DNA of 64,000 nt, taken from NCBI RefSeq assembly GCF_006345805.1, contig NC_042999.1, forward strand, positions 63,612,001 to 63,676,000. The letters are read 5' to 3'. The position numbers and the translations under genes are program-made. Shown here piece by piece: positions 54,096 to 64,000 of the stretch. Within the stretch, counting starts at the first letter, position 1. Every line of letters starts with the position of its first letter. Under the pieces are notes generated by a model, which saw nothing but the letters and a program-made list of their open reading frames with translations, did no database searches and was not told the origin of the DNA. The stretch comes from Octopus sinensis. Taxonomy: Eukaryota.

Positions 54096-55400
54096 ACACA
54101 CACACACACATCATCATCATCATCATTTAACTTTCATATTCTATGCTGGCATGGGTTGGACAGTTTGACTGAAAACTGGTAAGCTGCATCAGGTTCCAAT
54201 CTGATGTGGTATGATTTCTACACTTGGATGTCCTTCCTAACATCAACCACTCCCAGAGTGTAGTGGGTGCCTTTTACATACCATTAGCACAGGTGCCAGT
54301 TATGTAACACCGTCATTGGCTACAACTACAATCTCACTTGGCTTGATAGATCTTCTCGAGCACGATATCTTTTCTACTCTAAGTACAAGGCCCGAAATTT
54401 TGGGGGAGTGGAGTCAGTCAATTAGATCAACCCCAGTATGCAACTGGTACTTAATTTATCAACCCCAAAAGGCTGAAAGGCAAAGTTTACCTCGGTGGAA
54501 TTTGAACTCAGAACATAAAGACAGACAAAATACCACTAAGCATTTTGCCTGGCATGCTAACGTTTCTTATTTATTTATTGCCCACAAGGGGCTAACCATA
54601 GAGGGGACAAACAAGGACAGACAAAGGGATTAAGTCAATTACATCGACCCCCAGTATGTAACTGGTACTTAATGTATCGACCCCAAAAGGATGAAAGGCA
54701 AAGTTGACCTCGGCGGATTTTGAACTCAGAGCGTAATGGCAGACGAAATACCGCTAAGCATTTCGCCCGGTGTGCTATTGATTCTGTGAGCTCAATGTCT
54801 TTCAGGCACGACATATTGCCAAAGGTCTTAGTTAATTGTCACTGCCTCCATGAGAACCAATATTCAACCAGTGCCCTTTACATGCCACTGGCATGTGTGC
54901 CAGTTTGTGACACTGGCATCAGCCATGACTACGATTTTATACATGTGCATGTGTGTGTGTGCGTGCATGTGTAGTAGTAGTAGTATACATACAAAAATGA
55001 TAAATGTATGCACTTGTCATTAGTCTGAAACAATTATGAACAGTCTTAATCCAAGTTTCAATCTTTATTGGGGTCTCATCAGGTATCTACATCACTTGAC
55101 TAATTACAGAAAAACAAGCAGCCACTCTGTTTACAACACAACAAATCCAATAACTTCAGAGAACTGGAGCAACTAATTGTACACTGTAAGTGTTTAACAC
55201 TATTTAATATCAGCCAAAAGGGTGTCCCAGTCTACACAGTATCAAGGTATGATATGTAAACCTACACAGTATATAAACCTATGTAGCAGACATACATACA
55301 AACATAGCAAATTTACCTATTTCTCTCTCTGTATATATATATATATATATATCAACCCATGCTAGCATGAAAAACGGACGCTAAGCGACGATGATGATGA

Positions 55401-55467
<67 letters not shown>

Positions 55468-55632
55468 TAGAGATAGATGAGTGGTTGTGTGGTAAGAAGT
55501 TTGCTTCCTAACCACATGCTTCCAGGTTCAGTTCCACTGTGTGGCACCTTGGGCAAGCATCTTCTATTATAGCCTCAGGCCAACCAAAGCCTTGTGAGTG
55601 GATTTGGTAGATGGAAACTGAAAGAAGCCTGT

Positions 55633-55671
<39 letters not shown>

Positions 55672-58600
55672 GTGTGTCTGTTTCTCCCCCATCACCATTT
55701 GACAACCAGTGTTGGTGTGTTTATGTCCCCTTAACTTAGTGGTTCAGCAAAAGAGACCAATAGAATAAGTACCAGGCTTAAAAATTAAGTACTGGGATCG
55801 ATTCCTTCTACTAAAAATTCAAGGTGGTGCTCCATCATGGCCACAGTCTGATGACTGAAACAGGTAAAAAATAAAAGATATATCGTCATCATTGTTTAAC
55901 ATCCACTTTCCATGCTAGCATGGGTTGGATGATTGACTGAGGGCTGGCGAACAATATGGCTGCACCAGGCTTCAATCTTGATCTGGCATGCCCTTCCTAA
56001 TGCCAACCACTCCGAGAATGTAGTGGGTGCTTTTATGTGCCACCGGTACGGGGCCAGTCAGGTGGTACTGGCAACAACCTCGTTCGAATCTTTTACACAT
56101 GCCACCGGCACAGGTGCCAGTAAGGCGATTCTGGTAACAATCACGCTTGATGGTGTCTTTTACGTGCCACCGGCACATAGGCCAGATAGCAGCTCTGGCA
56201 ACGATCACGCTCGGATGGTGCTCTTAACACCCTACTAGCACGGGGCTCAAGTGCTAGTAAAGCGATGCTGGTAACAATCACACTCGAATGGTGCCTTTTA
56301 TGTGCCACTAGCACGGAAGCCGGTTAGTTGCTCTGTCAATGATCACACTTGTATGGTGCTCTTTGCACCTCACTAGCACAGATGCCAGTCATCGAATTTG
56401 CTTTTGAATTTGATTTTGATTTTATTAATATAAAAATTAGTCTTAGTCTTGCCAGAGGGGTTGAATACACTTCACTGAAGTCTTAGCTTAGCTCAGTTCT
56501 TCCCACTCTCCATAGACCATGAAAGAAAGAAAGATCTCCATCCATCATAGATGCAAGCTGTCACAAGCCTACTCCCAGGCCAGGTCTATAAGGAACAGGT
56601 CCTCCTCACAATGTGGTTTACACTAAAAAGAAGCTCTTACATGTCTACTCAAGGGCCTACGTAGGACATGTTTGAATATGTTCTGCTGTCTTGCAGCATC
56701 AAATGAGAACAAGGAATATTCACAACCCTTGATTTTGCTATGATCTGGGACTCTTTAATACCATCTCTAGAGTAATGCAAGCCACTCAAAGGTTGGTCTT
56801 CAAATCAGCAACCAAAAGACAAAATGATTAATGGGGAGGCACGGCAGCAACAAGCCTGGCTGGTGAAAGTTGAATAAGACTGAAACATGTATACTTTTTT
56901 TATCAATTGGCTTTAAAAACCAGATATGATCTAATTTGCATTATTTATCTTTATTTATCCTCATCATCATTGTTTTGACATCTACTCTTCCATGCTTGCA
57001 TGGATCAGATGGAATATATTAAAGCAGATTTTTCTATGGTCAGATATCCTTCCTGTTGCCATCCCTCACCAGTTTCCAAGTAAGGGAATATTTCCCATAG
57101 CCGGACATGCCTCTGCAGAAGACTAGAAATGAACAACACTACCAGTCAGTGGCACTCACTCACAGCTATCACGTGATGTGAGACAAGGACACACACACAC
57201 ACACACTATCATTTAACATCCAGTTTTCCATGCTTGGAAGAGTCAAACAAATTTGTGGAAGCAGATTTCCTACAACTAGATGCCCTTCTTGTCACCAACC
57301 TTCACCTATTTCCAAGTAGCTAATATTTCCCATGACTGGACATGTTTTCCATGGAAAACTGCAAACAAATAGCATAGCTTGTCTGACGGTGATGCTCGTT
57401 TACAACAATCACAAGATGTCAAGACACAAGTATGTGCAAACATACACACACACAAAGGCCTCTTTCAGTTTCCGTCTGTCAAATTCACTTACAAGTTTTT
57501 AATCAGCTTATAGCAGAGGACTCAAAATGCCAATTTGCATTATTTATACTACACAAACATTCCAATCAACTTATAGGACAAATCTCTTTTGCCTGTAGTT
57601 TAGAGGCCCTTGTAGATTAAATGCCCTTGGTAAGAGACCCTTGGTAGGAGGCTTTGTTAACTAATTACTTGGATAATCTCAGCTGACTGAGGACCCTACT
57701 TTACATGTATTTAGTATGCTAAATTTTCTGCTGATATATTTCCCTTCAGCCATATTGTTAAAAGGACATATTGCAGTTGTATAGTTAGTTACACATAGAA
57801 AGCATGGCTCTTAGCTATAAGCAATAACAATAAAACAACTACAGCATGTACTGCTGACAAGTAAAAACCACCAACTGTTACTAGATTGTGTGATAATGAA
57901 TTAACATGAGCACACTGCCAACAAGTGTGGTGTGTCTTGACAATCAATGATTTCAGACATGAATGTATACATATGGTATTTCTATCAACAAATGTAGGAG
58001 ACAGAGTAATTAATAATGAAACACCAGAAGTTTGTCATGAACTAGAGATTAAGAATAAGAATATGCATAAACACAAAACAAAAAACGAAATATAGTGAGA
58101 TGTATGTGTTTGTGTGTGTGTGCACGTATGCACGCGTTTACTTTATTCTCCTCTTAAATCATAAACTACTTATATGTCCAGTTTATAAGCCAGTCGAAGG
58201 TGACTATGTGGTCGTTCAGTGTGCTAGAAACAGCAACAAAATCTGCTTCTTATCACATCCTGCCATCTTGAAAATGGAAAACAAATACTATGACCTAGAA
58301 AATAGGTTGAAACAGTCACAGCTGCATTTATGGGTTTGCAGGATCAGAGTTGACCTTGGACTAAATAATAATTGCTAGTCTCCTTTTATATTTCCATTTA
58401 CATTTTAGAGTACTTCATAAGAATATAAGGATCTGTTCAGTTTGAAAAATTCTGAGAGCCAAACTGAACAGATCTGAATATAAACCAACCTTAGCACTTA
58501 ACTGGTATTTTATCATATCTTAACCAAAGATTGTTGTTTTTTAATCCTCTAATTTGCTGTCTATGTATTAGCTGAAGAAAGACAATAGGTTCTGTCCTTT

Positions 58601-58989
58601 TTTTTTCTCAAACAAAAATATAAATTTTAGAAAGAAGACTGCAGCTCAACTACTTGATAAAAATGTTACATTAGAGAAATGTTTTCCTGCCATAAAAATC
58701 ATTGAAAACTTCATTATAAATAGAGTGATTTTTTAATATGTAAATTTCATATTAGTAACTGCACTAATATTGATTTCTGACAGTGACTCACATAACTGGG
58801 GTGGGTACAGTTTATTAAATCAACTTCAGTGTTGGACCCGTGTTGTATATTGTTAATCCAGTAAAGATGAAAGGTAAAGTTAAGCTCAGCAAGATTTGAA
58901 ATCAGAACGCAAAGGGCTGCAAACAGATACTGCCAGGAGGTCTAGACTGGCACACAATTTAACTGTGCTCATTACGTTACTAGCATTAA

Positions 58990-59192
58990 CCCTTTCGTTA
59001 CCAACCCGGCTCTGAGGTACAAATGTCTTGTTTTCATAAGTTTTGAATTAAAATCTTCCACCAAATCTTAGTCACAATTTATGTTCCTAACACTAGCTGA
59101 AAGATATAAGTTATTTTACAAAATTCTTTGTTATATTTAAAGTAATTATAAAAAACACAAGGCATCTCAAAATAAATACAGTAACGAAAGGG
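58990..59192. mobile_element. piggyBac-like MITE (family of 2623-2842)
   Basis: TTAA|CCCTTTCGTTAC...GTAACGAAAGGG|TTAA; the internal sequence is the reverse complement of 2623-2842. Confidence 0.85.
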
Positions 59193-59365
59193 TTAATATA
59201 GTTTTGTTGTTGGAAGTCAAATAATTTAGTTGACTTCGATCATTAAGTTTAGCAGAACCTAACACCAACTGTTCTAATGGTGATAAGCTCTGACTAACAT
59301 ATATTCTGTGACTAAATATGATAAAAGGGAGTCAATCTAAATAGTCCAGTTTCAACTAGTTCTGA

Positions 59366-59411
<46 letters not shown>

Positions 59412-59633
59412 ACTAAATATATATTCTAACCGAGGCCATCACATTTTTCATTAAGACATGGTGTTTGTATCTATGACTACACTAATTAATAGACTATTCA
59501 TTTTGTTTTTTTAAGTCAGAAAGATGTGTGTTTTGAGGAAATTCAGTTATTTCTATCAGGTCACGTAAAGTTTCCTTCATTTGTTAATAATATGGTTGCC
59601 TAGCCCCAAGTCAGGACTGACCAAGCAGGGTGG

Positions 59634-60402
59634 GATCTAGTTGGTTTGGTTGCCAGCATTTCAATAATTAAAGTTTATCAAAAAGTTTAAAATTTGGCAC
59701 ATTAATAAACTTTTCCAAGCTGAATTGCTGGAGTTATTTCACTTTTTCCAGAAAAATGTTTTTAAAAAGTTATAGAGGTTTAAAGTTTGATGATTTTCAC
59801 TTAGTCAGGAAACAGGATTTGGAAGCTGTCATTCTGTGCATGACTGCACGTTCTCAACATTCTGTCAATTGCATGTTTTTATATGAAACTGTAAACAAAT
59901 CAAATTCTGCTTAATGTACAACATAACCCTTCATAACTTCTTTAAATTTGGAATTTTCTGAAAATTTTTGCAAATTTGTACTATACACACAGGAATTCAT
60001 ATAATAATGGAAAAATTTTTTAAATGGGGGGGGCATGATTTTAGGCATATTTAGCTGCTGTTTTTACCACATCTCACAACCAGGGCACAAGCAACAGAAC
60101 ACAGCATCAACGCATGTCGCATCGCATAGAATATACCATTCAACACACGTGCTTTCTCCCTGACAAAAGAGCTCTCATGTTTGGCTTGTTACTATGGAAA
60201 CATGTATCAATGAGTCTGTGGCTTACAATTGGCTAAAATGACCCAAAAGTTTCAAACTTTAATTGCTAATAACTCTTTATTCATTAATTTATAGCGAAAA
60301 TAATTTTCACGTCATTCATTAGCTTATAAAAGTGTATTATTACACTGAATATGAAATCAATTCGAACAGAAATTGATGCTGGCAGCCAAACCAATTAGAT
60401 CT
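59634..60402. mobile_element. Non-autonomous DNA transposon with ~26-bp TIRs
   Basis: gatctagttggtttggttgccagcat ... atgctggcagccaaaccaattagatc; it interrupts an older repeat, with gcagg near both ends. Confidence 0.75.
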
Positions 60403-63400
60403 GCAGGCTAATAAAGATATTCCAGCTATAACCACCAAAATTTTTTTCAACTGTGGTTTGAGGAGATTTTGCTGCTATTTCTAGCAGGTAGAGTGTCTAG
60501 AACAGTCTCCCTCACTGACTTAGGCAAATATGTTTTGAGAGGAAGAGGACATTCTTAGGATAACTATTCTGTTAGAAGTTGAATATCTTCTAGTCAATTA
60601 AAACATTATTCAAAGTGTTGTCTTAATGTGATCTTAGGTAATTTTGTTGCTATTTTTAGAACGTCGAATGACCACGTAGAGGTTCCTTCATTTAGCTGGT
60701 CTAGTAGAGGTAAATTTAAAATTTCCTTATTTAGGTCATGTTAGTTATAGAAGTATTTTCAGCTACATAATAACCAAATGTTACCTCTACAAAAATAGAA
60801 AATATGAATAACAACAAAGCTAAAAAAAAAACTGTTAATATGGGAATAAGGCAGCGAGCTGGTAGAATTATTAACACACCAGGGAAAATGCTTAGTGGCA
60901 TTTCATCCGTCTATACATACTAAGTTCAAATTCCACCGAGGTCAACTTTACCCTTCATCCTTTCAGAGTCGATAAAATAAGTACCAGTCGATGTAATCAA
61001 TTTACTCCCTCCCCTGAAATTGCTGGCCTTATACCAAGATTTGAAACCAATATGATAGAAGGGAGTCAAACTAAATAGTTCAGTTCCAACTGGTTCTGTC
61101 TGTGACATCATATGTCAACAATTTCTTTTCTAGCTATAAAAAGGCTAATTATTGTAAAATTGTAGCCAATTAAATATACTCCATTATGTGGATGAACCAA
61201 TGAGGAAAACTTGTGATTATTATAAATGTTAAAAGTAGCAATCAAAATTCTCTTATATCACACCCTATCGTTCTTTTTAAAAATTGGATGAGCGTATTGG
61301 GTAAATATAGTCTAAAATCACCTATATCCTAAAAACGGGATAGATATGGCTGGAATGCCTCTGATCAAAGGTTTGACTCCGAACTAAACAGCTCCATTTC
61401 AGTAAATAAGTCACAGGAAACCGAGCGTGTAAAGTAGAAGGTTCAAATCATACCAGTGACATTGCCCCGTACCTAGACACTTAATTCTCGCTGGTCCTGT
61501 CCATCTAGCTGTGTAAACAGTCTACTGTTACAAGACACAACACAAATCTTCAACAGATGCCATAGAATGAATACAACTTTATTTCTCTTAGTATAGGACC
61601 TCCCCCCCCTCACCATCCTACTACGGCGTCACCCTGTCACATCTCTCTGTACCAGAGTTCTACTAGAGGCACAAAAACCTGAAACTTCAGTGGGAGGAGA
61701 CAAGTCGATAACATTGACCTCAGTACTTGATTGGTGCTTCGTAAAGATCCAGAAGAAATGCCACTTAGCGTTTGGTCTGACGTGCTAACGATTCTGCCAA
61801 GTCACCACCTAAATAGATCATCAATTATATTTTTGTGAAGAGGAAGAATAGAAGGGTAGCATTTCAGACAACTCGTCGTTGGAGAGGAAAGATATATCTA
61901 CTGGTGTTGCAAGATAAAATAGGATTAGTGAATGAAACTTAAGACTAATGATATGCAATACACTAGACTACCACTAGTCCGGTAAAATCAGTAATCCGGC
62001 ACTTATTTCAGCTCCAAAATAATTCAAATTTCCCGGGTTGCAGTACCAACCGGGCGCTGCGAATTGTTGGCGCTACTTGTTGCATAAATACACTCGTATC
62101 ATTAATAAGCAAAGGCAGGCCTTTCGAGTTTGTTTTATTTAATTTATTATTATATCTTTTTCCCTTTTAGCCCCAGCCACGATTCCAATGCATAAAGGAA
62201 GTGCTATAATTTTGTATGTAGAGGCTCCAATGCGTTGTTTCATTCGGGAACCTAATGATGTTTAGATAGTCCTGGTGAGGCGCTAACTAGATTGTTATAA
62301 ATCATTTCATCCAGTGCTGTAGTCTCTCTTAATCCTGCTTCTAATAGTTTAGTATAATGATTCGGCTTTAAAAGGTGGTGGACTGGGGAAACGACGATCG
62401 TGATATTAAAATCGGCTGCTGTGTCGAAATATTACTGACAATATCTTGATGTCAACTGGTATGTGTGAAACAAACATGGATTCTTTGTAAGTTACAGAAG
62501 GAACGTTTAACGTGGTCGCTCGATTTGTTAGAAGTAGCAGCCAACTCTTTCTCAAACCAAACCTAACCGTCTTACAGAGGAAAGCACACATAAAATAATA
62601 CACTGGGAGATGTATTGGCCTGGAAAAAGAAAACAAAATAAAAACGACGGCTCATGGCTAGAATGTCTGATCACAGATCTACTCATTCAGGTTCAACGAC
62701 AACTAATTTCGAGTCAATGTTCGACCTACCAAAAAAAGTAGCCAAATCGCACTCCAATCAAATCCTACCATCTTAAAAAGAGTACACTGATTCATGTAAT
62801 CCTTGGTTCCTTGCACATAGAGAAATAACGAGATGATGGCTGAAATGCTATAGATCATAGGTCTTCTCAATAATAGGTTTAAAGTTGACACGAACTTTAG
62901 GACTCACAAGACCGGAGGTTAACCGGTTTCCATGACGATTACAACACTATTCAACCTTAAACGGAATTTTACAGCTGAGTGGACTGGAGTAATGTGAAAT
63001 GAAGTCTTTTGCTCAAGAATACAATGCGCCAACTGGTCTGGCCAGGAATCGAAACCACGATCTAACGATCCTGAGAGCAACACCTTAGCCACTGGGCCAC
63101 GCGATTTCACTTAATCAAGGTTCACTTGGTGCTAAACAACATTTCAAAACTCCAGACAAGAGTAAGAGCAAATCAGATAGTGTGAAATTCATGAATGATT
63201 CATAAAGAGAAATAATTCATCTTCAGATCGAAACCAGGCCGCCGGAGCGTTTATTTACAATCAACAGCGTCGACCAAAATGTCGCTGTTTATTTTCGACA
63301 AGACAACAGACATTTTATGTTAGGTTATGGCTGTCGTCGTTAATTAGGCTCAGGAAGGCAGTCTTGATCACGCCGACCTATAATCAAAGTGTTACAGCTG

Positions 63401-63886
63401 TACATTTTCAATTTTTACTTTTTTTTTTCGTGCTTCGTAAGATTACATTAAATTTTCATTTTATAAGACGGTACATTTGAATAAAAAAAAAATTGGGTCT
63501 ATTTTAAACCGGTCGAGCGACCACATACAGACTCACACGATGAAAGAAAGTAAATGTGACATTTATGCTTTTCCCCCCAGATACATTAGCAATGTAAGTG
63601 AAGTAGTTACAAACTGAGGATCGAAATTGGGTGACAACTATATTACAGCAAGAGCATTTAGATTTCTAGCGTTGTTGCTTAGCACCAGGTCAGCCATAAT
63701 CGAACAAAACTTATGTCCAAAGACATTCCCACCACGACCATATCTTTTGTCTAACATTGTGTATCTACGATTATACTATCAAATGTCTAAAAATTTAACT
63801 GCAATTTCGAGCATGTCAAGCGACCACATTAATTCTAATCTCTGGCGTTTGTAGCAACGCCATATATGTCTCTCTCTTTCACACAC

Positions 63887-63931
<45 letters not shown>

Positions 63932-64000
63932 TCATCAAATAAATAATGCGGTTGTTTTATACTTTTATTTTTCAAAATTAAGATAAACAAAGTTCTTTTC

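Overview
AT-rich, repeat-dense eukaryotic DNA; the SINE, RTE, Helitron and (TA)n content looks like a coleoid cephalopod, probably Octopus (inference). I reconstructed two convergent multi-exon genes by hand from GT-AG sites and reading-frame phase. (1) On +, an NAD+ kinase (NADK) with 9 phase-consistent exons (3008-36417, ~348 aa) plus weaker candidate 5' exons at 803-833/900 and 1813-1941. (2) On -, a cation-dependent mannose-6-phosphate receptor homolog (M6PR/CD-MPR) with 5 exons (52859-39537); I did not find its signal-peptide exon. Introns contain tRNA-derived SINEs, RTE and CR1-like LINE fragments, Helitrons, mariner- and piggyBac-like MITEs, long hairpins and microsatellites. Most entries in the ORF track are repeat artefacts. 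The most notable points are: the receptor keeps all its trafficking motifs but appears to have lost the canonical Man-6-P pocket; the first NADK exons are unusually divergent; two intronic copies carry a decayed hammerhead-ribozyme-like motif; one NADK intron is packed with inverted repeats; and a near-perfect 694-bp tandem duplication starts at a Helitron 3' end. I found no clear new multi-gene system.
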